A DNA stretch of 64,000 nt, taken from NCBI GenBank assembly GCA_965222115.1, contig CBDCTJ010000003.1, positions 64,001 through 128,000 of the forward strand, written 5' to 3'. Under the pieces are notes generated by a model. It was given only the letters and a program-made list of their open reading frames with translations, was not told where the DNA came from and did not search any database. Positions 19,098 through 28,422 of the stretch are shown here, in pieces. The stretch's first letter is position 1. Each line of letters starts with the position of its first letter. The stretch is from Planctomycetota bacterium. GTDB taxonomy: Bacteria; Planctomycetota; PLA2; JAEUHO01. The translations under genes were made by a program, and so were the position numbers.

Positions 19098-20096
19098 CTA
19101 GGACTTCGGCGGCTTACGACGTGGAAGCGGCGAAACATCGTTGCCCATACCGCGCAGACGTTGATAGCGCTGCTCAAGCAACGCGTCTCGATCGATGGCA
19201 AGCAACTCGTTAAGATGACGCTCTAGCGCTTCCTTCACGGACGCAACAGTAGTCTTGGGATCGCGATGCGCCGCCCCGGGGGGCTCGGCGATGACTTCGT
19301 CGACTACACCGAGTTTGAGGAGATCGGGACTCGTGAGGCGCAGTGCTTCTGCGGCTTCCTCACCCTTACTTCCATCACGCCAAAGAATGCCCGCGCAGCC
19401 TTCGGGGGAAATGACGGAGTAGTAGCTGTACTCGAGCATGAGCACACGGTCGCCAACGCCAATGCCAAGCGCGCCGCCGCTGCCACCTTCGCCAATTACC
19501 AAGCAGACGATGGGCACGCGCAACTTCGACATCTCAAGGATGTTCTCGGCGATGGCCCACGCCTGGCCTCGTTCTTCCGCCTCGACACCGGGGAATGCCC
19601 CAGGGGTATTGATGAGCGTAACAATCGGTAGTCCGAAACGCTCGGCGAGCTTCATCTTGGAGAGCGCCTTGCGGTAGCCCTCGGGGTGGGCGCAGCCGAA
19701 GTTGCACTCCATGCGCTCCTTCATGTCTTGGCCCTTGCGATGGCCAACCAACAAAAAGCGCAGGTCGCCCATACGTGCAAAACCTGTGGAAAGCGCGCGA
19801 TCGTCGCCGATGAGTCGATCGCCGTGAAGCTCAACGAACTCGTCGCAGCAGCCCTGGACGTAGTCGGTAAACTGCGGTCGACGGGCGTGTCGGGCGACTT
19901 GGACTTTCTCCCAAGGAGTGAGCTTGGAGAAGATGTCTTTAATGAGCCGGTCGCGCTTGCGTTCCAGCGGCTTGAGCTCGCCATTGAGGCTCACATCGGG
20001 AATGGCACGCAGCTCCTGGATCTTCCGTTCGAGATCGAGGATGGGGCGCTCGAAGGGGAGCGAGGCCGCATCTTCGTTGCGAGTACTGGAAGTCAT
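19098..20096 (-). CDS. accA: Acetyl-CoA carboxylase carboxyltransferase alpha subunit
   Basis: ELHGDR, PEGYRKA, AEERGQ, GEGGSGGALG, SVISPEGCA. Confidence 0.96.
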   Translation of the reverse strand: MTSSTRNEDAASLPFERPILDLERKIQELRAIPDVSLNGELKPLERKRDRLIKDIFSKLTPWEKVQVARHARRPQFTDYVQGCCDEFVELHGDRLIGDDRALSTGFARMGDLRFLLVGHRKGQDMKERMECNFGCAHPEGYRKALSKMKLAERFGLPIVTLINTPGAFPGVEAEERGQAWAIAENILEMSKLRVPIVCLVIGEGGSGGALGIGVGDRVLMLEYSYYSVISPEGCAGILWRDGSKGEEAAEALRLTSPDLLKLGVVDEVIAEPPGAAHRDPKTTVASVKEALERHLNELLAIDRDALLEQRYQRLRGMGNDVSPLPRRKPPKS

Positions 20097-20336
20097 GGGG
20101 CTCCTTACTCCTTCGGCCGAGACCTAAAGTCCTCAGGGCGCGCCGCTCCGGAAAAGGGCCGCCAGCTCCGTCCAACCCGCATGGTACCGGAAGGCGTACC
20201 GCTCCGACCAGCGGAAGTCCGATGCTCGCCCCCAGTTGGCCGGAACCCCGATTCGTGGGGCCCATAAGCAGCATTGATCCGGGGATCAGCCGTGCGCGCC
20301 TCGGCATTCGTCGGCTGGCTGCGCGACACTGGGCCT

Positions 20337-23300
20337 ATGAGTAGCCCACGCACGGTGCGACAGAAAACGACGCGTCAATCTTCGCGGGCGGTCCACCGCA
20401 TCGCCATTCGTCCGCGCCCGTCCATGCTGGATCCGGCGGGTCTGGAGGCTGCCGAGGCACTTCGGGCGGCGGGGCTGAACGACGTTACGTCCGTGGGGCT
20501 CAAGCGCGTGTGGTTCCTTGAAGGCGACCTCGATACAGACACGCTTCACCGCGCGGCGGTGGACGTCCTGGCCGATCCCGTACAGGACGAGTTTGCCATC
20601 AATCGACGATTGCCGACGCGGAAGCGTACGTCCAAGAAAGCTAAGCAGACGCGCGCGCATGCGGTCACTGTCATGCGTAAATCGGGCGTCACGCACCCGG
20701 AGGCCGAGAGTGCGCGCATTGCGCTTGAGGCCATGGACATTCCCGCCCTGCGCGTCCATAGCGCGCACACGTTTTCCATCCAAACGTCGGCTTCGAAACA
20801 TGACGTGCTCGCCATGGCGCGTCGCGCGCTCGGTAACGATGTGATTGAAGACGTGCGTTACGGCGAAGTGCGTGACTATGAGTTTCCGGCCGACACAAAG
20901 GCAGACATAAGCCGCTACACGATCGACATTCAAGACATCACGGATGCTGAGCTCATGGAGATTTCTGGGTCCATGGGGCTGTCGCTCAATCTCGCCGAGA
21001 TGCGCGCGATTCAAGCACACTTTGACGAGTTGGGCCGCGCCCCCACCGACGTGGAACTCGAAACGCTCGCGCAGACGTGGTCGGAACACTGCAAACACAA
21101 GACGCTTGCTGGTGCGGTCGTGATGACCGACGAACGCGGCACGCGTCGCTACAAGAACCTACTCAAAGAAACCGTCTTCGCAGCGACGAAGAAACTCAAC
21201 AAGTCGTGGTGCCTCAGCGTTTTTGAAGACAATGCCGGCGTCATTGGCTTTGATGACGACGACGGCGTGTGCATGAAAGTAGAGACACACAACCACCCCA
21301 GTGCAATTGAGCCGTACGGCGGTGCAGGCACGGGCATTGGCGGCGTAATTCGAGACATTCTGGGTACCGGTAAGGGCGCAAAGCCCGTCGCCAATACGGA
21401 CGTGTTCTGTTTCGGCGATCCGTACGTTGCGAACGAAGACTTGCCGTCCGGCACGATGCATCCCATGCGTCTATTGCGCGGCGTCGTTTCGGGTGTGCGC
21501 GACTACGGCAATCGCATGGGCATTCCCACGGTGAATGGCGCGGTGTTGTTCGATCCGCGTTACGTGGGCAACCCCGTCGTGTATTGCGGATGCGTTGGGC
21601 TCATTCCACGCAATCGAATAAAGAAGGCCGCACGCCCAGGTGACTTGATTGTCGCCTTTGGCGGACGCACAGGGCGCGATGGCATTCACGGCGCAACCTT
21701 TAGTAGCGTCGAACTGAGTTCAGACAGCGAAATGGTGTCGTCGGGCGCTGTACAAATCGGAGATCCGATCACCGAGAAAAAGGTGCTCGACGTCTTGCTG
21801 CAAGCGCGCGATCGGGGCATGTTCAATGCAGTTACGGACTGCGGTGCCGGAGGGTTCTCAAGCGCGGTCGGAGAAATGGGAGAGAAGGTGGGCGCCGACG
21901 TGGACCTCTCGGCCGCCCCACTTAAGTACCCGGGCCTCAGCGGCTTTGAGATATGGATTAGCGAAGCGCAAGAGCGCATGGTGGCCGCGATTTCACCTAA
22001 GAAGTGGAAAGCGTTTCAGACGCTCTGTGAATCGGAACATGTGGAAGCGTGTGTGCTTGGCACCTTTACTGGCGACAAGCGCCTGACGGTGCGGCATGGC
22101 AAGACGCTATTGGCCGACCTCAGCATGTCGTTCCTTCACGACGGCTTGCCCAAGCTCGTGCGGGAAGCGACGTTCGCCACGATTAAGAACGATGAGCCCA
22201 CTTGGAAACCGAAAACAAACTACACGAGTGATCTCAGAAAGCTCTTGGGACTACCGCAAATCGGATCCAAGGAGTGGGTCATTCGGCAGTACGACCATGA
22301 AGTACAAGCAGGCGCTGTCGTTCGTCCACTCACAGGGCCAAATCAGGGGCCATCCGATGCGGCAGTCATTGCACCCAAACTTGGATCGAAGCGCGGCATC
22401 GTCTTATCTGGAGGGATCAACCCCGCCTACGGTGACATCGACCCGCACGCAATGGCAATGGGCGCGGTCGACGAGGCGATTCGTAATGCCGTGTGTGTCG
22501 GCGCCGATCCCTCGCGCATGGCCATTCTCGACAACTTCACCTGGGGCAACTGCAATCGCGAGGAGACGCTCGGCAGCATTGTGCGAGCGGCCGAGGGTTG
22601 CCACGACGCGGCCATGCTCTTTGGCACGCCATTTATCTCCGGCAAGGACTCGCTCAACAATGAGTACCGCACCGACGACGGCGAACTCATTGTGGTGCCC
22701 CCCACGTTGCTTATTTCTGCCATTGGCGTGATCTCGGACGTGCGCAAAACGTGTACGTCCGACTTGAAGCGCGCGGGCAATTGGATCTACATCGTTGGCG
22801 AGACGCACGACGAATGTGGCGGCAGTCATTGGTATCGACTGCGCGGCAAGGTTGGATCCAATGTGCCGACCGTTGCCAAATCCGCGCCACGCACCATGCG
22901 CACGGTCTCGCGACTCGTTCGTCGCGGCATGATCCGCGCGGCGCATGACCTCTCCGAGGGCGGCTTGGCTGTGGCGCTTGCCGAGATGGCCTTTGCATCC
23001 AATCTTGGTGCAGACGTCTCGCTCTCATCCATGCCCGCAACGACGAAGCACCCCGGCAGACGACTGTTTAGTGAGTCCAACTCGCGATTCATCGTGGAGG
23101 TGACTTCGAAGCACAAGAAGGACGTTGAAGCGCTACTACGTGACAAGAAAATCCCGTTTGGTCGCCTGGGTCGCGTGACGGAAGAGAAGAGAGTTGTCAT
23201 TCGAAACCGCGCAAGAGACGACGACGCGCTGATCAACAGTTCGACGAAGGCACTACGTCGCGCATGGCGCACGGCACTTCCGATTCCTGGACAGGACTAG
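20337..23300 (+). CDS. purL: Phosphoribosylformylglycinamidine synthase PurL (with N-terminal PurS-like region)
   Basis: QTWSEHCKHK, KVETHNHPS, GRDGIHGA, DCGAGG, SEAQERM, QYDHEV, HDLSEGG. Confidence 0.95.
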   Translation: MSSPRTVRQKTTRQSSRAVHRIAIRPRPSMLDPAGLEAAEALRAAGLNDVTSVGLKRVWFLEGDLDTDTLHRAAVDVLADPVQDEFAINRRLPTRKRTSKKAKQTRAHAVTVMRKSGVTHPEAESARIALEAMDIPALRVHSAHTFSIQTSASKHDVLAMARRALGNDVIEDVRYGEVRDYEFPADTKADISRYTIDIQDITDAELMEISGSMGLSLNLAEMRAIQAHFDELGRAPTDVELETLAQTWSEHCKHKTLAGAVVMTDERGTRRYKNLLKETVFAATKKLNKSWCLSVFEDNAGVIGFDDDDGVCMKVETHNHPSAIEPYGGAGTGIGGVIRDILGTGKGAKPVANTDVFCFGDPYVANEDLPSGTMHPMRLLRGVVSGVRDYGNRMGIPTVNGAVLFDPRYVGNPVVYCGCVGLIPRNRIKKAARPGDLIVAFGGRTGRDGIHGATFSSVELSSDSEMVSSGAVQIGDPITEKKVLDVLLQARDRGMFNAVTDCGAGGFSSAVGEMGEKVGADVDLSAAPLKYPGLSGFEIWISEAQERMVAAISPKKWKAFQTLCESEHVEACVLGTFTGDKRLTVRHGKTLLADLSMSFLHDGLPKLVREATFATIKNDEPTWKPKTNYTSDLRKLLGLPQIGSKEWVIRQYDHEVQAGAVVRPLTGPNQGPSDAAVIAPKLGSKRGIVLSGGINPAYGDIDPHAMAMGAVDEAIRNAVCVGADPSRMAILDNFTWGNCNREETLGSIVRAAEGCHDAAMLFGTPFISGKDSLNNEYRTDDGELIVVPPTLLISAIGVISDVRKTCTSDLKRAGNWIYIVGETHDECGGSHWYRLRGKVGSNVPTVAKSAPRTMRTVSRLVRRGMIRAAHDLSEGGLAVALAEMAFASNLGADVSLSSMPATTKHPGRRLFSESNSRFIVEVTSKHKKDVEALLRDKKIPFGRLGRVTEEKRVVIRNRARDDDALINSSTKALRRAWRTALPIPGQD

Positions 23301-23309
23301 GCGAAACGC

Positions 23310-24155
23310 ATGCCCACTTCCAAATCGAAAACGACGCGAAACTCCCGCACGAAGAAGACGGCGCGGCCCCACGTATTGATCGTGCGCGCGCCGGGAACGA
23401 ACTGCGAACACGAAACAGCGCACGCGTTCGAACGCGCAGGCGCCGACACGTCGATTCATCACATCGGCGAGATTGTGAACAAGAAGCGACTACTACGCGA
23501 CACACATGGCTTTGTGATTCCCGGTGGATTTTCGTTTGGCGACGACGTGGGTGCGGGCACCGTGTTCTCAACCATCCTCCGCACCAAGTTGCGCGATCCG
23601 CTGCGCCAACTCGTGGATCGCGGCGGCATCATTTTGGGTATTTGCAATGGCTTTCAGGTGCTCACCAAGAGCGGACTCTTGCCAGGATTTCGCGACGCGT
23701 CCGACGATGCCCCCACGCGACTCATTTCGCTGGCGACCAATGCTCAGAATCGCTACGAGGATCGTTGGATCACGTTGAAAGCGGTGTCAGAAACAAGCGT
23801 GTTCTTCAAACCGGGCGACGTCCTGCGCTGCCCCATTGCTCATGCAGAGGGCCGCCTCGTTCCCAAAGACGAGGCCACCCGCAAACGACTCTGGGACAAC
23901 CAACACGTGGCCCTGATCTATGTAGACGAACGCGGCCGCGACGCCAAAGCCTTCCCCGACAATCCCAACGGCTCAACCGATAACATCGCCGGCCTCGTTG
24001 ATCACACAGGCCAAATCTTGGGACTCATGCCTCACCCCGAGCGTAACCAGTTCGTGTGGCAAGACCCACGCTTTCACGGGGGAGGCGCCCCCAAGCAACC
24101 GGAGGGCATGGCACCATTCAAGAACGCGGTGCGGTATTTGAAGCGACGGCATTAG
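23310..24155 (+). CDS. purQ: Phosphoribosylformylglycinamidine synthase PurQ (glutaminase)
   Basis: PGTNC, GGFSFGD, GICNGFQ, AHAEG, MPHPER. Confidence 0.95.
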   Translation: MPTSKSKTTRNSRTKKTARPHVLIVRAPGTNCEHETAHAFERAGADTSIHHIGEIVNKKRLLRDTHGFVIPGGFSFGDDVGAGTVFSTILRTKLRDPLRQLVDRGGIILGICNGFQVLTKSGLLPGFRDASDDAPTRLISLATNAQNRYEDRWITLKAVSETSVFFKPGDVLRCPIAHAEGRLVPKDEATRKRLWDNQHVALIYVDERGRDAKAFPDNPNGSTDNIAGLVDHTGQILGLMPHPERNQFVWQDPRFHGGGAPKQPEGMAPFKNAVRYLKRRH

Positions 24156-24366
24156 TCGTCCTTTTCAGGTATCTCAATGTCGTTCAGTTCAGAGAGATGC
24201 ACCGGGGATATGTCCCAGGCGCGGAGAACGCCTTCGTGCAACGTATGGTGATCGGGCGCGCGCCATCGCCGGAGCATGTCATCAGTTCGACGACTTCGAG
24301 ATGAGGAACGCCGGCCAGCCGACGAGCGGACTCAAGTCCGTGAACGATTCGCCAATCTCGCGTTGC

Positions 24367-24471
24367 GTGCGCCAAAAATACCTGGTTTTCTTGGCGCACA
24401 ACCGAAGTCGCTGGCCTCCGGCGTGCATCGCCGCCTCACCAGGCGCCAGAAATACCTGGTTTCTGTGGCGC
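24367..24471. repeat. Two copies of an imperfect palindrome GCGCCA(G/A)AAATACCTGGTTT-N3-TGGCGC
   Basis: Copies at 24367-24399 and 24443-24471 in the purQ/prmC convergence; same family at 37735-37894. Confidence 0.8.
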
Positions 24472-25332
24472 ATGGGCGGAGACGATGCGTTCGATGCCGG
24501 CGAGGTCGTTGGTGGTGGTGACACGTTCGTAGCCCGCTGCGGCTAGCGAGTCGGCCGTGGCTTGAGATGAGCCTGCGCCGATTTCGAGTGCGAGCAGGCC
24601 GCCGGGGGCGAGTACGGACTTCGCTTCGTGGACGAGTCGCTTGACGAGCAAAAGAGGATCGTCGCTCTCGACAAACACAGCGGTAGTGGGTTCGTGCTTG
24701 GCCACGCCTCGTTCCACCGAGGGGTCGCCGTCTGCGACGTAGGGCAAATTGGCAAGAACCGCGTCCACCTTATGCCATTCCTCGTTGGCGATTACCGGAG
24801 CAAGTAGATCGCCCTTCGCCAACGTGATCCGCGACGTGACGTCGTGACGCGCTGCATTGGCTGCGGCAACATCCAGTGCATCGCCTGAAAGGTCCGTTGC
24901 AAACGCGATTGCATTCAGCCGGTGATGCAACAGCGTGATGGCGACACAGCCAGAGCCCGTGCCCACGTCAATGAACCGGTATGAGCCCGGCTCGTCGTGC
25001 AAATGCTTGAGCGCGACCTCAATGAGATGCTCCGTTTCCGGTCGCGGCACAAGCACGCGGGCGTCAACCTCGAAATCGAGCGAATAAAACTCGCGACGAC
25101 CAAGTAAGTAGGCCACGGGTTCGCCATCGGCGCGACGGCGGAGGAGCCCCCGAATCTGTTCGAGCTCGGTCTCCACCATCGGGCGCTCAAAGCGTACATA
25201 GAGATCCATACGCTCGCATCTCAAGACGTGCGCCATGATGAGCTCGACGTCAAGTCGAGGTCGTTCGATGCCCTTGCCGCCCAGCCACGTAGCCGAGCGG
25301 TTCAGGATGTCTAGAAGCGTGTGGGCAGCGAT
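24436..25332 (-). CDS. prmC: Release factor glutamine methyltransferase; conserved N-terminus extends 32 codons above the first ATG (25236)
   Basis: GEPVAYLLG, VLVPRPETE, DVGTGSG, ANLPY; the upstream in-frame TLLDILNRSATWLGGKGIERPRLDVELIMAHVL resembles the PrmC N-domain; start codon unresolved. Confidence 0.85.
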   Translation of the reverse strand: MAAHTLLDILNRSATWLGGKGIERPRLDVELIMAHVLRCERMDLYVRFERPMVETELEQIRGLLRRRADGEPVAYLLGRREFYSLDFEVDARVLVPRPETEHLIEVALKHLHDEPGSYRFIDVGTGSGCVAITLLHHRLNAIAFATDLSGDALDVAAANAARHDVTSRITLAKGDLLAPVIANEEWHKVDAVLANLPYVADGDPSVERGVAKHEPTTAVFVESDDPLLLVKRLVHEAKSVLAPGGLLALEIGAGSSQATADSLAAAGYERVTTTNDLAGIERIVSAHAPQKPGISGAW

Positions 25333-26004
25333 TTACTTACGCCGACGCCGCGTGGATGTGCCCTCTTCGGCGGCCTGTGACTTGACGGACGAAGCGCCGC
25401 GCATGATGCCGTTGATCAACAACCACAGGACGAGCAGCCCACCGAGCGTGAGACCCCAGTATCCGGGTGCTATCAAGCTGCCACGTTCCATGATGGGATC
25501 GAAGAATGCGTTGTGATCAACGGTCTTCAGGTAGTCACTCACAGCGTCGAGCTTTTCAGACGTGAGCGCATTCTTGATGCCGCCCAGGCCAACCCATACC
25601 GAGAGGATTGCGGCCATGAGATAGGGCCAGATCTTCATCTGTCCGTAAAAGATGTTGAGCACGGCCGTAAAGAAGCCGTAGAGGCATAGTGCGAAGATAA
25701 TGGTCCCTCGAATGGAACCCAAGCCATTGATCGCATATTGAGCGTCGTAGGTTTCGCCCGGGCCAACGCGGTACCAGGTGGCGAGTACACCCGCCATCAT
25801 GAGACAATTGGCGAATAGGAATGTGAAGACTTGCTTGTCTACACCGAAAAGAAACGCTTGCCGCGCGAAGCGGTCGGCGCTGGCCTCTTCGACAGCCGCC
25901 GCGTGGCGGGGATCGAAATTGGGATCGGCGAGTTCGGCGGCGTCAATCACGCCGTCTTCCAATGCCTCGGCTGCAGTTTCGAACTTGTCTTCCATGTCGC
26001 TCAT
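25333..26004 (-). CDS. Hypothetical integral membrane protein (about 4 TM)
   Basis: Acidic N-terminus, four hydrophobic stretches, basic C-tail STRRRRK; GGAGG RBS. Confidence 0.75.
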   Translation of the reverse strand: MSDMEDKFETAAEALEDGVIDAAELADPNFDPRHAAAVEEASADRFARQAFLFGVDKQVFTFLFANCLMMAGVLATWYRVGPGETYDAQYAINGLGSIRGTIIFALCLYGFFTAVLNIFYGQMKIWPYLMAAILSVWVGLGGIKNALTSEKLDAVSDYLKTVDHNAFFDPIMERGSLIAPGYWGLTLGGLLVLWLLINGIMRGASSVKSQAAEEGTSTRRRRK

Positions 26005-26165
26005 CGGGCCATACCTCCAGCCTTGTTACAGGCAGCCTCGTCACGGGTCCTGAACCTCGCCCGCGGCCCAAATCCTACGGGAATCACCGTGCGGGGGCCA
26101 AGCGAGCCCAATCCGTTCAACGATTCCGCTCGTCCGCGGTTCCCGGACGCCCCAAGATTCACGCG

Positions 26166-27248
26166 TTAGAGAGCCGCTAGCCGCTCCTCGACTTCTGCCT
26201 GCCGCATGGCCGCCAGCAACGCGTCCACGTCGCCGTCGAGATAGGCAGGCAGCGTGTGGAGCGTCAACTTGATGCGATGGTCGGTCACGCGGTTGTCTTT
26301 GTAATTGTAGGTACGAATCTTCTCGGAACGGTCGCCCGTCCCAATTTGGCTGGCCCGTGCCGAACTGCGCTCGGCGGCAGCCTTCGCGCGCTCCATTTCG
26401 AACAGCTTCGCCTTCAATAGGCGCATCGCCGTCGCGCGATTTTTGTGTTGTGAGGGATCGGCCTGGCATTTGACGACAATGCCGGAGGGAACGTGAGTCA
26501 GCCGTACCGCGGAAGACGTCTTGTTTACGTTTTGCCCGCCGGGACCACCCGCGCGCATCGCCTCCATTTCAATGTCGCGTTCGTTGAGATCGATCTCGAC
26601 CTCTTCGACTTCGGGAAGGACCGCGACCGACGCCGTCGAAGTATGTACGCGCCCTTGCGTTTCCGTTTTGGGCACCCGCTGCACGCGATGGACGCCGGAG
26701 TCAAAACGCATGCGTCCAAAGGCGCCCTTGCCTTTGAGCATGAACTTGATCTCTTTGTAGCCGCCTTGTTCGGAGCCATCCATCTCGATGACATCGATGG
26801 TAAGCTTTGTTCGATCGGCCGCCATGCGATACATTCGAAAAAGATCGCCCGCCCAAAGCGCGGCCTCATCGCCGCCTGCTCCTGCGCGGATTTCTACGAT
26901 TGCATTGCGCAAATCATCGGGATCTTCGGAAACGAGACTGCGTCGAATCTCTTCGGACAACGTCTTGACGGTCGCCTCGCCCTCCGATAGCTGCTCAGTC
27001 GCTAACTCACGAAATTCGGGTTCTGAAGCACCATCCGCAAGAATACTTTTCGCCTCTTCAACCTCGTGCAGGGCCTGGCAATACCGATCGTAAAGCTCAA
27101 CCGATTTGCGATGCGAAGCGACCTCGCGGTTGATGCGTGAGTACTCTACGTGATTGGCAGCAACCTCGGGCTCCATCAGCCGCGCCGACAATTCATCGAC
27201 GTGCTTCTTGGTTTCTTCGAGGCGACTGACGATATGATCAGCAAGCAT
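26166..27248 (-). CDS. prfA: Peptide chain release factor 1
   Basis: EIRAGAGGDEA, PKT specificity motif, GGQ, GDRSEKIRTYN. Confidence 0.96.
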   Translation of the reverse strand: MLADHIVSRLEETKKHVDELSARLMEPEVAANHVEYSRINREVASHRKSVELYDRYCQALHEVEEAKSILADGASEPEFRELATEQLSEGEATVKTLSEEIRRSLVSEDPDDLRNAIVEIRAGAGGDEAALWAGDLFRMYRMAADRTKLTIDVIEMDGSEQGGYKEIKFMLKGKGAFGRMRFDSGVHRVQRVPKTETQGRVHTSTASVAVLPEVEEVEIDLNERDIEMEAMRAGGPGGQNVNKTSSAVRLTHVPSGIVVKCQADPSQHKNRATAMRLLKAKLFEMERAKAAAERSSARASQIGTGDRSEKIRTYNYKDNRVTDHRIKLTLHTLPAYLDGDVDALLAAMRQAEVEERLAAL

Positions 27249-27373
27249 GATGAAGGTCCGGGGTTTGCGTCACCGCGGACAAGGGTTCAACGAGAAACCG
27301 AGCGGGACGGAACAAGCGCGGGCGAACCGTGGGGCAGACAACACCCCGCGGCAACAAGGGCGACGTGGCGTCG

Positions 27374-27652
27374 CTAGCCTTCGCCTTCTTGCTTCTTCCG
27401 ACGACGGCCGTAACGGCTGCCGTATTTGCTGCGGAACTTGTCGATGCGTCCCGCGGTATCCACGAAACGTTGCTTGCCCGTATAGAACGGGTGCGACGCC
27501 GATGAGATATCGAGTTTGATCACGTAGTGCTCTACGCCATCGATCTCACGCGTCTCTTTGCTCCGCATGGTGGAGCGGGTAACAAATTCGGTCTGCGCAC
27601 CGGCGTCGACGAATACGACCGGATGGTATTCAGGATGAATCTTGTCTTGCAT
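27374..27652 (-). CDS. rpmE2: 50S ribosomal protein L31 type B (Cys-free)
   Basis: [24 protein letters not shown]...DTAGRIDKF; no Cys. Confidence 0.93.
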   Translation of the reverse strand: MQDKIHPEYHPVVFVDAGAQTEFVTRSTMRSKETREIDGVEHYVIKLDISSASHPFYTGKQRFVDTAGRIDKFRSKYGSRYGRRRKKQEGEG

Positions 27653-27825
27653 GGCTAATGCTCCGAGGCTGGCTCGCGTACGACCCAGGTTCGCATAACT
27701 TCAGCGCGAGCGCGGGAATCCGCAGCACACAGGCCGCTGAGAGTAGCCGGGCCCACCGGGGATGCAACTTGCACAGGGCTTCTTGGTCCTAACGCCGTCG
27801 CGTCTTGGACATCGTGGCCCCGATC

Positions 27826-28365
27826 TCAAGGCATCGAGTCGGGAATCGGCGGATCCGCGGTCCCGGGCTGGCCATCACCGTCGATGGTCACGTGGGATCG
27901 CAAGATCTTCGGCTCTCCGCCGTACTTTCCCTGGCAGGTGAGTGTCAACTCGATCCATGGCGTGGACCGGAATTCGGGCCGCTCTAAGGCATGGCCAATC
28001 ACCATCGAACACAACGCAGGGAGGAGGCCCTTCTCGTCGAGTACTGCGCGAGAGGGCGCCAATGTGATTTCGAGACCACCACCCGTGTTGGATGCATCGT
28101 CGCTTGCCGTTTCGTCGCCTGGCGAATTCCCGTGTGTTGAGCCCTCGTTCACCGAGTTGCCATGCGGCTCCGAAGGTTTGCGCCGGGGGCGCACAATGAT
28201 CTTGCTCCCCTCCGCGATGTCGCCGCGCGCAGCGAAGCGCTTGGTGAGATCCCGACCGGTTTCGCCGTAGGGCGCTAAGTTGCCGACCATCACTTCTGTC
28301 ATATAGAGCAGCCCGGCTGCCACCAACAACAGCAAGGCGAGCATGACCATCGTGGACTTACTCAT
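27826..28365 (-). CDS. Hypothetical membrane-anchored protein
   Basis: N-terminal hydrophobic helix; same strand as neighbours. Confidence 0.6.
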   Translation of the reverse strand: MSKSTMVMLALLLLVAAGLLYMTEVMVGNLAPYGETGRDLTKRFAARGDIAEGSKIIVRPRRKPSEPHGNSVNEGSTHGNSPGDETASDDASNTGGGLEITLAPSRAVLDEKGLLPALCSMVIGHALERPEFRSTPWIELTLTCQGKYGGEPKILRSHVTIDGDGQPGTADPPIPDSMP

Positions 28366-28422
28366 GACGACGAGTTCACCCTTCGCCCAACACGCCGGTC
28401 ATACGAATTCAATCCTTGGCTG

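Noticed and set aside
24156-24360. Possible gene or ncRNA between purQ and prmC
   Set aside because: No convincing ORF, RBS or recognisable RNA motif
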